Source: Octopus vulgaris (Eukaryota). Taken from it: a DNA stretch of 64,000 bases. How positions within the stretch are numbered: position 1 is the stretch's first letter; each line of letters opens with the position of its first letter. The notes under the pieces were generated by a model. It saw nothing but the letters and a program-made list of their open reading frames with translations, had not been told where the DNA came from and made no database searches. Made by a program: the position numbers and the translations under genes. Below are positions 39,077 through 53,278 of this stretch, in pieces. The stretch covers positions 15,934,001-15,998,000 of the forward strand of contig OX597820.1 in assembly GCA_951406725.2 (NCBI GenBank). Direction: 5' to 3'.

Positions 39077-39150
39077 CAGTAAAGAAAAATTTATTCCAAA
39101 TAGATATTACGCATTATTATTCTATGAAATCATATTATTTCTGTTTTGGT

Positions 39151-39780
39151 AAGGCGGCGAGCTGGTAGAAACGTTAGCACGCCGGGCGAAATGCGTAGCC
39201 GTATTTCGTCTGCCGTTACGTTCTGAGTTCAAATTCCGCCGAGGTCGACTTTTCCTTTCATCCTTTCGGGGTCGTACACACTGGGGTCGATGTAATCGAC
39301 TTAATCCCTTTGTCTGTCCTTATTTGTCCTCTCTATGTTTAGCCCCTTGTGGGCAATAAAGAAATAAGAAACGTTAGCATGCCGGGCGAAATGCGTAGCC
39401 GTATTTCGTCTGCCGTTACGTTCTGAGTTCAAATTCCGCCGAGGTCGACTTTTCCTTTCATCCTTTCGGGGTCGTACACACTGGGGTCGATGTAATCGAC
39501 TTAATCCCTTTGTCTGTCCTTATTTGTCCTCTCTATGTTTAGCCCCTTGTGGGCAATAAAGAAATAAGAAACGTTAGCATGCCGGGCGAAATGCGTAGCC
39601 GTATTTCGTCTGCCGTTACGTTCTGAGTTCAAATTCCGCCGAGGTCGACTTTGCCTTTCATCCTTTCGGTGTCGATTAAATAAGTACCAGTTACGCATTG
39701 GGGTCAATGTAATCGATATACTCCCTTTGTCCGTCCTTGTTTGTCCCCTCTATGTTTAGCCCCTTGTGGGCAATAAAGAA
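39151..39780 (+). mobile_element. Head-to-tail trimer of SINE A (200-bp period)
   Basis: gaaacgttagca recurs at ~39167, 39368 and 39568. Units 1 and 2 share the same internal deletion. Confidence 0.9.
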
Positions 39781-39993
39781 TTAAAAATCATTAGTAAGAT
39801 CTTATACTCGTTATTCTCAGCGACACTTACCATTTCAATGTTCTTCCAAGACTGTACTTCTCACGCAATCTCCAATGAATATACATAGCTACGATATCAT
39901 GATTCCTTTTGTTTTTTTGGTTTTTTTTTAGCAGTTTGCTACACTCATTCATATATTATTATTATGAACACCTTATTATTGTTAATATTTTTA

Positions 39994-40386
39994 CTAGCAG
40001 TATCGCCCGGCGTTGCTCGGGTTTGTTTCGACCCTTTAGAATTGGAATTTTTGAAAAGTAATAATTTTGCATTATGTAGCTTGTTGTTCTCTTTAAGCGA
40101 ACATTTTTCTGGTTGAACTACACCGAAAAATGGCGACACAGCAATCAAAAAATCGTAAAAAATAGGGATTTTCATAGAAAAAGAAAAGCACCTTTTTAAT
40201 GTAAATAATTTTTGGTGTTAACATGGTCCGATTTGAATTTTTTTTCTTCTACGGAATGAAGAGCAAGCCTTCTTCTATCATACTCACAATTTTGGTCAAC
40301 TTGCGCTGCAGGGTCTTGGAGGAGATAGTGTTAGTTGAAGGCTACCAAACCTGCCATACACAGACAACGTCAGCTTTATATATAGA
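39994..40386 (-). mobile_element. Non-autonomous Helitron (~393 bp)
   Basis: Minus strand has 5' TC, a subterminal hairpin CCCGAGCAACGCCGGG and 3' CTAG, inserted between A and T with no TSD. Confidence 0.8.
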
Positions 40387-40409
40387 TATATTGTCTTTGC
40401 AAAGCTTCT

Positions 40410-40836
40410 AACGCTGGAGATGTACTTTGGTGTCAGATGTTCACTACCAGTGAAATAAGTAACACCCCTTGTTTTTCGAGCACCATCCGAAGTATTCAAA
40501 CAGTTCCAAGCAGTACTGTTTTCTGCGAGCGCTCCACCCTTATTGCAGCCCCTATTAGTTCCACGTACTTCTCAATATTTTTACTCACTGTTCCCAGGGA
40601 TCCGACAATTATTGGTACTACTATTAACTTTTTCAGCGACCACAACTGTTTAACTTCACAAGCTAACCTGTCATATCTATCGACTTTTCTTTCTTCCTTA
40701 TCGCATACCTTGTTGTCAACTGAGCATACTATATCTATAATCTAGCATCGTTTGCTTTCTTTCTCAATTAACACTATGTCTGGTTTTCCTATTCTCTATC
40801 TCATGGGCGCATTGAATCATAAAACCCCATAGGAGA
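40410..40836 (-). mobile_element. Second, distinct R4/Dong-type LINE 3' fragment
   Basis: RKPDIVLIEK...IIDIVC...EVKQLWSLKKLIVVPIIVGSLG...QKTVLLGT, with an internal stop. Confidence 0.75.
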
Positions 40837-40861
40837 TATTATTATTATTATTATTATTATT

Positions 40862-41528
40862 TCATGTTTGACTTTTGCTTTGCATTTGTACAAGTTGGCT
40901 CCAAGCCTCACCCAGAGATCTCAAGAGACCACAAGTTAGAAGTTCATGTTGGTGTCATATATTTGGTTTTGTACATAGCGTTGTTCTAGAGAATGTTTAA
41001 GAAACCATAAGAAAATTATGCGTGTGTTTTACAATATTTTACGTAGGATATGGGCAGTTCCCATGAGCACTATCTTTTGAATTTCTGTCATTTTGGGGTT
41101 TCCTGGTATCTGAGCTAGGTAGCAATCAGCCTCTTTAGCTATCATTCCCAGGGCACCTATGACAACAGGTATTGTTTTAGTCTTCAGGTTCCACATTTTG
41201 CTAATTTCTATTTCAAGATCTTTATATTTGCTTAGTTTTTGGTAGGTCTTGGACAGATAGGTTTATATCGATTGGGACAGTCATATCAATGAGGAGGCAT
41301 GATTTTTATTTGAAGTCTTTCAATATAATGTCTGGCCTATTTGCATCTATCTTTCTGTCAGTTTGAATGGTGAAATTCCCGAGGAGTGAGATGTGATCAT
41401 TTTCAAGCACTGGAGGTGGTTTGTGTTCCCACCAGTTTTATCATGGGGCAAGTCCAGGTTTTTGTAAATTACCCTGTGAATATATTGTGCAGCTCTATCA
41501 TGCCTGTTGAGGTACTCTGTAGGCGTAA
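40862..41528 (-). mobile_element. R4/Dong-type LINE 3' fragment in (TAA)n
   Basis: RHDRAAQYIH...ANRPDIIL...LIDMTVP...KYKDLEIEISKMWNLKTKTIPVVIGALG; (TTA)n flanks. Confidence 0.85.
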
Positions 41529-41612
<84 letters not shown>

Positions 41613-41848
41613 GTGCTTGTTTTTCCCTCTTGAGGTGTGGTGCAATCATTTGTATTACAGTGAGTATTGTGTATTGAGTGTATAATAGATTGGTTTTTAG
41701 CTTGCCGGTGAAAGTTTATTTCACTGGATAATTACTGTGTAGACTGTCTTGTGTTTGTGGGTTGTTTTCTTTAAGTTGCATTATTGTGCCTTGCGTAGCA
41801 GGGCTATTCTTGGGGGATAGCACATAGTGTAGAGATTTCAGGTATAGC

Positions 41849-41901
<53 letters not shown>

Positions 41902-41903
<2 letters not shown>

Positions 41904-42170
41904 GACTTCGCACAGTATAAATATCGTGAGGTTGTTGATTGAAGATGTTTTGTCTACCGGATGTTTTGTACTCTTTGTCAAGTCACAACAAGGACCTCAG
42001 ACAGACAGTACATTACGCAATAAGTGTGCTGTTCCAAGAAATGCCGACTTTTGCAATACATCTAGATTGTAAGGTATTTCTTAGGTTTTCGGATTTTTAT
42101 TTTTTCAGATTGGGTGGTATTGAACCCAATGCTCCGATGACAATAGGGATAACCTTTATGTTCGACTCTA
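41902..42170 (-). mobile_element. Short third RLE-LINE 3' fragment
   Basis: IPIVIGALGSIPP motif on the minus strand, ending at (TTA)n. Confidence 0.55.
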
Positions 42171-42560
42171 TTATTAAGGCGGCAAGCAAGCAGAAACGGT
42201 GGCACCGCGGACAAAATGGTTAGCGACATTTCGTCTCTCATTACCTGCTGGGTTGAAATGCCACCGAAGTCGGCTTTACCTTTCATCCATTAGGGGCCGA
42301 TAAATTAAGCAACAATCGAACATAACCCCTTCCCAACAAATTTCAGGCGTTGTGCTTATAAAGGATTATTTATTTATTTATATATTCATTCATTTATTTA
42401 TTGTCGGATCGACAGTTTCTTCTTTTATACGGGAATTGGTGTGTTTTCGAACTGAGTGACACTGCGCGCAGCACTTTGGGTAAATGTCACCTATAGATCT
42501 GGGCCACTGAGTGCCTTGTGAGTGAATTTGTTTGAGTGAAAAACTACATGTAAACCCATT

Positions 42561-42638
<78 letters not shown>

Positions 42639-42830
42639 TATGCATATATATATACATATATGTACGTACCTACCTCTACATGTATATATACACGCATATA
42701 TGAGTACAGGACATATATATATATATATATATATATAGTTAATCCAAACATGGAAACACAAAGAGAAAACACAACGCGAGGACGTGGAACAAGTATAGTG
42801 TTATTGGACGCTCAGGAAAGAATATATATG

Positions 42831-42867
<37 letters not shown>

Positions 42868-42879
42868 ATGTATGTACGA

Positions 42880-43200
42880 AGGCGCGTGGCTTAGAAGTTC
42901 GGGCATTCGGCTCACGATCGGAAGGTCGTGAGTTCAATTCCCGCCGATACGGTGTGTCTTTGAGCAAGACGCTTTATTTCGCGTTGCTCCAGTCCACTCA
43001 GCTGGCAAAAGTGAGTAGTACCTGTATTTCAAAGGGTCAGCCTTGTCACCCTCTGTGTCACGCTGAATCTCCCTGAGAACTACGTTAAGTGTGCACGTGT
43101 CTGCGGAGTGCTCAACCACTTGCACATTAATTTCACGAGCAAGCTGTTCCGTTGATCTTATCAGCTGGGACCCTCGTCGTCGTAACCGACGGAGTGCTCC
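42880..43200 (+). mobile_element. tRNA-derived SINE family C, representative copy
   Basis: A/B-box head, ttgagcaagac core, tail gtaaccgacggagtgctcc. Related pieces at ~5195-5750, 8300-8610, 28215-28580, 63305 and 63823. Confidence 0.75.
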
Positions 43201-43517
43201 TATATATATATATATATATATATACAGAGAGAGAGAGAGAGAATGAGAGAGAGAGACGATGAGGGTTTTGTAGACCGAAAATTCGAAGTTGCTGTCAAGG
43301 CTATTCTTGTTAAATAATAATTTTGTTTGTACTGAACACACACACACACACAGAGACACACACACACATACGCGTATATACATACACAGAGGCACACGTC
43401 ACACACACACACACACACACACATACACATATAATGCCTGTGTCTGTCTCCAGTTCTCGGCCTTCGTGCCTGCTGCTAAGTAAGGCAGTCATTTACTCGT
43501 TGTTTCTAGGACAACAA

Positions 43518-43555
<38 letters not shown>

Positions 43556-44042
43556 TATGATGCAAGCAAACAGGAAAAATAGAAGCCCAAACATGAGAAT
43601 ATGTATATATTTTTTATTAATATTTAGCAGAAACTTCTGCTAATTTTACATACATACATACATGCATACACACACATACATACATACATACATACATACA
43701 TACATACATACATACATACATACATACATACATACATACATACATACATACATACACACATACATACATACACACATACATACATACATACATACATACA
43801 TACATACACACACACATACATACATACATACATACATACACACATACATACATACATACATACATACATACATACATACATACATACATACATACACACA
43901 TACATACATACATACATACATACATACATACATACATACATACATACATACATACATTCATGTGTGGGCTTCGTATATTTTACCCCGGTATCACTTTGAT
44001 GGCATGCACTGCTCTCTCATTAACAATAATAACAACAACAAC

Positions 44043-44082
<40 letters not shown>

Positions 44083-44337
44083 TATAAATGGCGGTGCCCC
44101 AGCATGGCCACAGCTCGTGAGCTGAAACTAGAATCAATCAATCAATCAATCAATCATATATATATATATATAATTATCAATAATAAAGGGTGAAATTAAT
44201 TAATTTAGAAATAATCATTAATTTCACCAAGTAGAGTTCGGCATGTAAAAGCCCCATTCAAGGAAGGTTTAAGTAATATTAAGTAATTAAGGGTTTAGCA
44301 ACGATTTGCCTCACCACACACCGAATTTAGAAATAGC

Positions 44338-44445
44338 AGTCAAAAAGTTTTGGCTATTCTTTCTACTTAAAAGGGAGATCCCAGTAAAGTGCTGTGGTTT
44401 TACTGGGATCTCCCTTTTAAGTAGAAAGAATAGCCAAAACTTTTT

Positions 44446-44449
<4 letters not shown>
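44338..44449. repeat. Perfect 51-bp-arm hairpin abutting (TA)n
   Basis: 44338-44388 is the exact reverse complement of 44399-44449, with a 10-nt loop. Confidence 0.9.
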
Positions 44450-44499
<50 letters not shown>

Positions 44500-44660
44500 A
44501 TGTATGTATGTATGTATGTATGTATGTATGTATGTATGTATGTATATATATATATATACATAGATAGTGAGAGAGAGAGAGTCGATGATGGTTTGTTGAC
44601 CGAAAATTCGAAGTTACTGTCAATGCTATTTTTGTTTATAAAATAATAATTTTGCTTGTA

Positions 44661-44764
<104 letters not shown>

Positions 44765-45587
44765 GCATACACACACACACACACACAACGCCAGTGTCTT
44801 CTCCACCAGTTACCGGCCTTCACGCCTGCTAGCAAGTCAGGCAGTCAGTTAACGCGCTTCTAGGACGACGAATATTCCGCTCACAAAGTCTTCTGACTTG
44901 TTTTTAAGAGAAGCGGGTTTTCCCACTTATATTATATACACGTGATTAAAAAAGATATAAGCACACACAGAAATTACTTGTAAACAAACCTATTTAAAAC
45001 TAATATGAAATCACGTAGGATTATTTTCGTTAGTGCCGTTTGTTTTATATTTCAAGTAGCTCATCTTCCTCATATAATCATATGTCTAACCACCTTTCTC
45101 CCCCTTTTTATATACACATATTTAAACGCAAACACACACAAATATGTATATTTACTGAATCAAAAGATATTTCTTTTACGTCTCTCTCTCTCTCTTTCCC
45201 TCTCTTTGTTTATCTATCTATCTAACTAGTATTTCCATTACAGCATTTAATCTGAAATCTTGGCTATCTTCCCTGGAATCTCAGTGAAAAGTGAAAGTCC
45301 AGTGGTACAAATATTCAAGGTACATCACCGGTAAAACCAGTGAGTGTGTCTTGCCAAGAAATGATACTGAATCCGAGAATGAATTTAGCTCATCTTTATT
45401 ATTAGCAACAATGCAAGAGCGCATTTTTTAATGCAAGTTTCCATGATGTGCCACTCAAAATAACCAGGCGCAAATATTGCATCATTTTTTTTACATGAAA
45501 CCATTTATCTGTAATGATGTTAAAAACCAAGTGCAACAATTGTAATTAGTAATAAACATGTACATTCATTGTTTGTCTTCTAATTTG

Positions 45588-45623
<36 letters not shown>

Positions 45624-45682
45624 CTATATTTGTTCCACGTCCTCGCGTTGTGTTTTTTTTTGTGCTTTCTTGTTTGGATTAA

Positions 45683-45743
<61 letters not shown>

Positions 45744-46282
45744 AGGGTAGGACAGAAAAAACACTGGCGGACATCTAACACAAAAAAAACACAGCATACA
45801 GAAAATAGACGATAACATAACAAACGGGAAACTGGGCAAAAACAAGATACCGAGCCATTTGCAATGGATTTTCTCGTCAGTCAGTGTCCGGAAAGTCGTG
45901 GCAGTTTCACGCTTTTTTACCCCTGAGACTGCTCGAATTCGGCAAGCGCCAGAGTATTAAGCTAAAAGCATTAAGCTTCTGGGAAAAGCAAACGAATGTA
46001 TACAAGAACGAAAAAAAAAAAAACGAAGAAAGCAAGAATTACAACAGACGAACACCTTTCGGCTATACAACAAAACGAAAATAATCGTTCATTTACAAAT
46101 AAATAAATAACAGAATGGGTCTTTCGACTATTTGAAGAACGTAACGTGATGAAATAGTAATACAAGTGCAACAGAAAAAGAATTATACCTATACAATACA
46201 CACACGCCTTTCGGCTATACGACAAAATGAAAATAAATGTACGATATACATACATACATACATACATACATACATACATACA

Positions 46283-46313
<31 letters not shown>

Positions 46314-46337
46314 GTGTGTGTGTCTGCATTATGCAAG

Positions 46338-46414
<77 letters not shown>

Positions 46415-47696
46415 CGATCGATAGATGCAGATATATATTGTTATTTAACAATAGTTTGGTTTGGATTCATGTAACTTTCGTAGACATGTCCATTAAACCT
46501 AACTCGTCACGCCCAGAGATCCGAATGGAGAGGTTTCAAGATAGCTTTTTCGAGTCTCACAGCAAGCCGTCGATTTGAGGTTTGGAGGACATAATCAATT
46601 ATATCAACCCCAATACTTAACCGCATAGTGGCACCTACCTTGAGCAGGTATCTTCTTTTAACCACACAGCGAAGATTGTCAGCATCAACAAGAATAAAAA
46701 AAACCGGTAAACTTTGTTGATTGGAAAGCAATAAAATAAAATGCAAAACAATGCGAAGAATGTTATGTTAAATGGTTATCAAGATAAAGTTATAGAGATG
46801 AAGGTTTCAATTTCGATCGAAGCCATTTCTGGTTGAAGCCATCTCCAGCTGAAGCCACAACGCAGCAAACTGTCTTGGGAAAGGCACATAGAAGCCAGAT
46901 TCCACATCCACAAGGGAATATCCGATTGGATGCTTTCACCAAAAATATGAAGCTACAAAACGAAAGTGTTATATCCTGAAATGTAAATCCCCTTTTATGT
47001 ACAGGGCCCTAAATAGAACACCAAACCTAACACGGTTTCTTACTAACCCTTATCTCATGCCCCTTCTTCTTCTTCTTCTTCTTCTTCTTCTTCTTCTTCT
47101 TCTTCTTCTTCTCCTCCTCCTCCTCCTTCTTCTTGTTCTTCTTCTTTCCCCCTTCTTCCTCTTTTACTTCTCTTCTTCCTCCTCTTCCATATTACTTCTT
47201 CCTGTCTTGTTGTTGTTGTTGTTGTTGTTGTTCTTCTTCTTCTCCTCCTCCTCCTCCTCCTCCTCCTCCTCCTTCGTCCTCTTACACCTCCTCCCTCTTC
47301 ACCCTTTTTTCCCCTTTATGTCATTCTCCCGAATGCTTTGCCAGTCGATCGAATCCCCTTGTGATCCAACCGGTTTTAAGGATGCCTTAAGAAAAAAACA
47401 AAAAAAATCTTAAGCGATTTTCCCGTTGTTTTCGGTGATCCTGCCGCTTCAAGGATAACATGAGAAGGTTGGACTGCAATAGGTTCCAGTTACTAACTCC
47501 ATCCTTTGAGACCTTCCGAACACATTACGAAACACTGACGAACAAACGAAGGAGACCGTACCCCACTGGTTCACGAAATTTTTCTAAGACCCGTACCCCT
47601 AGGAAATCCCTTATTAATTTTATCGCAATCTCTATCACATTTGAAGACAGAAAAGTAAATTTGGAAATATCATCATCATCATCATCGTCATCGTCA

Positions 47697-47748
<52 letters not shown>

Positions 47749-48132
47749 CATTATTATTATTATTGAGCTGGCAGTAAGGCGGCGAGCTGGCAGAAACGTT
47801 AGCACGCCGGATGAAATGCTTAGCGGTATTTCGCCTGCCGTTACGTTGTGAGTTCAAATTCCGCCGAGGTCGACTTTGCCTTTCATCCTTTCGGGGTCGA
47901 TTAAATAAGTACCAGTTACGCACTGGGGTCGATGTAATCGACATAATCCGTTTGTCTGTCCTTCTTTGTCCTCTCAGTGTTTAGCTCCTTGTGGGTAATA
48001 AAGAAATAGGTATTTCGTCTGCCGCTACATTCTGAGCTCAAATTCAGCCGAGTACCAGTTGAGAACTGGAGTCGATGTAATCGACTAGACCTGTCCCCAC
48101 AAATTTGAGGCCTTTTGCTTCTAGTAAAAAGG

Positions 48133-48180
<48 letters not shown>

Positions 48181-48428
48181 GTTATCATCATCATCATCAT
48201 TATTATTATTGTTACTATAAGCACAGAAACTTCAATGTCGATTACATCGACCCCAGTACGCAACTGGTACTTAATTTGTCGAACCCGAAAGGATGGAAGG
48301 CAAAGTCGACCTCGGCGGAATTTGATCTCAGAACGTAAAGACGGACGAAATACCGCTGAATATTTTACACGTCACGTTAACGGTTTCTGCTTGACAACGT
48401 CAAATAGCTGCAAGACAAACGGAGAGAG

Positions 48429-48463
<35 letters not shown>

Positions 48464-48775
48464 AGAAGAGTAAGAAGACAACGATGATACCAACCAAAGA
48501 TATCTTTAGCACTAACACCAGAATATACAAAAAAAAAAAAAAATGAAAAAAAAAAAAAAGAAACAGAAATTAATAAATCAGTAAATGAATAAATGATAGG
48601 AAGTATTGACCTCTGGTTTTGTAGTGGTCAGTCTGACCTTTACTGAATAAACACCGTATAGTGTTACGCGCAACCTATGCTTTACGCTCTAACGTGTGTC
48701 CATTGTGAGTTAATAAAATGTCTCTATAACAAAGTATGTGGCAATAGTCTGGTATGTTTACGCATGTGTCTATGT

Positions 48776-48976
48776 CAGTGGTTTTCAAACTTTTTGCTGG
48801 AGCGGAAGCCCAAGGAAACATTCCACTGGCTCGGGGAACCCCTGTGTAATGATTTAATAGTCTTATGCACACATATCTGCACAGGAGAATTAAAAATTAC
48901 TGCCGATTTTAGCAGTTTTGTAACTTCTTGCGGAACCCCTGGACTTTACTGACGGAACCCTGGTTGAAAATCACTG
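48776..48976. mobile_element. hAT-type MITE (201 bp)
   Basis: TIRs CAGTGGTTTTCAA / TTGAAAATCACTG and a perfect 8-bp TSD GTCTATGT. Confidence 0.88.
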
Positions 48977-49193
48977 GTCTATGTATATATGTCTTTATTC
49001 TTTTGTCTTTAATTTGTTTCAGTCATCAGACTGCGGCCATGCTGGGGCACCGCCTTGAAGAATTTCATCGCCCCCCCCACTACTTATTATTATCATTATT
49101 TTATATTTTTCTTTTGTGAGGCCCAGTTATGGGCGACATAAACGCATCCACACTAGTTGACAAGCAGTGATGGGGGACAAAATATACGTGAAG

Positions 49194-49228
<35 letters not shown>

Positions 49229-49240
49229 CAGATATATATA

Positions 49241-49288
<48 letters not shown>

Positions 49289-49663
49289 TGTGTGTATGTA
49301 TGTATGTATGTATACACACACACACATATATATATATAGGTAGATAGATAGAAAAATAGATACATACACACACATACACACATATATACACGACGGGCTT
49401 CTTTCAGTTTCCATCTTCTACCAAATCCACTCAGAAGGTGCAGGGAGCTCAAATGTCACATCGGACATGCTAGAAACAAAAGGTAAATGATAGGCTTTCT
49501 TCGAGAACTCCGTTTTAACTTTATATATTGAAGATCAGATTTTTAAAAACGGTCATCACAAACACAGATTGCAGAATAGAGAAAGGTGATTTCAATTGGA
49601 TTTGAGCTGTAAATTTGTACGTGCACACGGCAAAAAATAACGTAATTCATATAGAAGTCTTAA

Positions 49664-49716
<53 letters not shown>

Positions 49717-50335
49717 CAAAGAAAGTTATTTTATAGCATTCTTTCGTTTGAAGCATAAAAGTTGTCATATGATTGTTCGTTAATTTCCATAATTTTTTTT
49801 ATATTTCTTTATGCTTTGAAGAGAGCAGAAATTGAAAGAGGAGAAAGTGAAAAGGTGACATTTGCTTTGATGTGAGAGCAGAAAGTGAGAGTAGAAAGTG
49901 AAAGATGTATGTACGTATATATGAAATGAACGTGTATGAGTGCGTGCGTGTGTGTGTGTGAGTGTGTGTGAGAGAAAGAGAGAGAGTGAGTGAAGGTATG
50001 TGTTATCATGTATGTATTTTGTTGCATGTATGTGTAAATGGCACTCATTCGCTCACTCTCTATCTCTCTCTCCCACACACACATACACACATACATTATC
50101 TTTCATATACAAGTACATAAATACATATCCATACATCTTTTCTTACATATGTGTGCGTGTGCATGTGTGTGTGAGAGAGAGAAAGAGAGAGAGGTAGTGA
50201 CTATTTCCTCGTAAGATATAGAGAAAATGGATATATTTTAAGGTACACACTCATATAGATGTAACGTCGTCGTTGTGGAATAAAATGTTTATGATAGTTG
50301 ACTCAGTTTTCGAATGCATAAGGAACATACGCGCG

Positions 50336-50387
<52 letters not shown>

Positions 50388-50804
50388 CACGCACACACAC
50401 AAACACACAAACTCTTTTATATATATACATATTATTTTATTCTTTTATTTGTTCAAGTCATTTGACTGCGGCCAGAACTTATTCTTTGTAAGCCCAGTAC
50501 TTATTCTATCCGTCACTTTTGCCGAACCGCTAAGTTGCGGGGACATAAACACACCAGCATTGGTTGTCAAGCAATGCTAGGGGGACAAACACAGGCACAC
50601 AAAAACACACACACACACACACACATATATATACATATATACGACGGGCTTCTTTCAGTTTCCGTCTACCAAATCCACTCACAAGGCTTTGGTCGGCCCG
50701 AATCTATAGTAGAAGACACTTGGCCAAGGTGCCACGCAGTGGGAGTGAACCCGGAACCATGTGGTTGGTAAACAAGCTACTTACCACACAGACACTCCAT
50801 ACAC

Positions 50805-50845
<41 letters not shown>

Positions 50846-51219
50846 GAATATACATACATATACGCATACATAAACACATACTCACATACACACACACTCA
50901 CACACATATATAGAAAACATATTTAGAGATAATACAAATGGACGCACCGAAACTTCTCGGCACTTGATAGGAAGGGAAACGATACGGAAGCGTAAACAGG
51001 ACGTCTGGGCTGGGAAAACGAAGAGATGTTATTGACTACAATTGTACTGAGACAGCATGTCCAGTCCGAGTCGACAGTTGATTCGTTTTTGGGTTGGAAC
51101 GTTGAAGAACCGGAATTTAAGTCCGAGTGTGGGTTTTGTTCAGGAAGTGTTTTCTAGGAAACACAATGTTATCGTAATTTCTCTCTCGTACACTGAGAAA
51201 ACAGAAGTGGGCAGATGGC

Positions 51220-51273
51220 ACATACACACACGCATACATACATACATACATGCATGCATGCATACATACATGC

Positions 51274-51304
<31 letters not shown>

Positions 51305-51873
51305 CATACATACATACATACATACGTACGTACATACATACATACATACATACATACATACATACATACATACATACATACATACATACATACATACATA
51401 CATACGTACATACATACATACATACATACATACATACATACATACATACATACATACATACATACATACATACATACATACATACATACATACATACATA
51501 CATACATACATACATACACGTACATACATACATACATACATACATACATACATACATACATACATACATACATACATACATACATACATACGTACATACA
51601 TACGTACATATATACATACATACATACATATATACACACATACGTGCATACATACATATATACATACAAACATTCGTGCATACAAACATAAAATACATAC
51701 ATATAAGCAAACATACATACAAACATACATACATTTAAAATATATTCGTGCTTACATACATACATACATACAAACATACATACATGCATATATACATACA
51801 AACAAACATACATACATATATACAAACATATAAATATTCACACACTCATGCATGCATACACACATGCTTACAA

Positions 51874-51906
<33 letters not shown>

Positions 51907-51922
51907 CATACATACATACATG
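51220..51922. repeat. (CATA)n microsatellite
   Basis: Direct inspection; another tract at 43648-43958. Confidence 0.95.
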
Positions 51923-52398
51923 TAGGCATGTATGTCTTTAACTTGTTTCAGTCATTTGACTGCGGCCATGCTGGGGTTCCTGCTTGAAGGGTTTTATCGA
52001 CTGAAGGGCGTTTTTTAAAGCCTGGTACTGAAACCGAAACCGAAACCATGTGGTTGGGAATCAAATTTCTTACCACCCAGTCACAGAGAAGAAGAAGAAG
52101 AAGAAGAAGAAGAAGAAGAAGAAGAAGAAGAAGAAGAAGAAGAAGAAGAAGAAGAAGAAGAAGAAGAAAGAGAAGAAGAAATAAGTATTGAGAAAAAGAG
52201 AAGAAGGAAGGAAGGAAGTAAAAGGATGAAGAAAAATCTTAGAACAGGAAATAAGGGATGAATAGAACAAAGAGAAGGAAAAGAGGAGGAAGCGAAATAG
52301 AAAGAAATATGAACAATAATCAAAAATTAATAAAAAAAAATATGAGAGGAAAACCGGATAAGAACACAAGACAACACCTTTAGGGTTTCATACAAACA

Positions 52399-52486
<88 letters not shown>

Positions 52487-53100
52487 TACAGACAAACTTA
52501 CACTAACACATACAGATATCTTTATATATAAACTTATGCGCGTTAACATAACAGAACTACACGGAACACACGTGCACATACAAACACATACACACACACA
52601 CATACACACACAAACACACACACACACACACACATAAGCACAAACACACACACACACACACACACACAAGCACAAACGCACATACAGACATATGCAAGCA
52701 TGGAGGTACCCTCAAACACGATCCCCTGCAAGCTAACATACGCGATAGAATCACATACACACACACACACACAGAGATACGAATACTCACAGATAGAAAG
52801 ACATACATACATGTACGGACGTAAGCTTCATATGCATACAAAAGTCACGTCTTGTATGTATATCGAGGCACGAAAATGTCACTGCACAATAAGTGAAAAA
52901 CCAACGCACTCATCTAAGTCCATGGGCATAAAGCGAGACAGGCTTATATGTCATATACGCAGCAAGGTTCAAAATGGCTGCAGACAAGGATTTATGATGG
53001 ATTTATGAATGTTTTAACTTTACCACCTACCGCCTACAACATCTAGAATTGTAAATAAGGAAGAGCATATATATATATATATATATACATACACACATAC

Positions 53101-53154
<54 letters not shown>

Positions 53155-53203
53155 GCATATACATATAATATATATAGCTATATATATACATGCATATATA
53201 TGT

Positions 53204-53278
<75 letters not shown>

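Noticed and set aside
45850-45930. Minus-strand CTGACGA near GAAAC
   Set aside because: The flanking stems could not be paired in any hammerhead topology.
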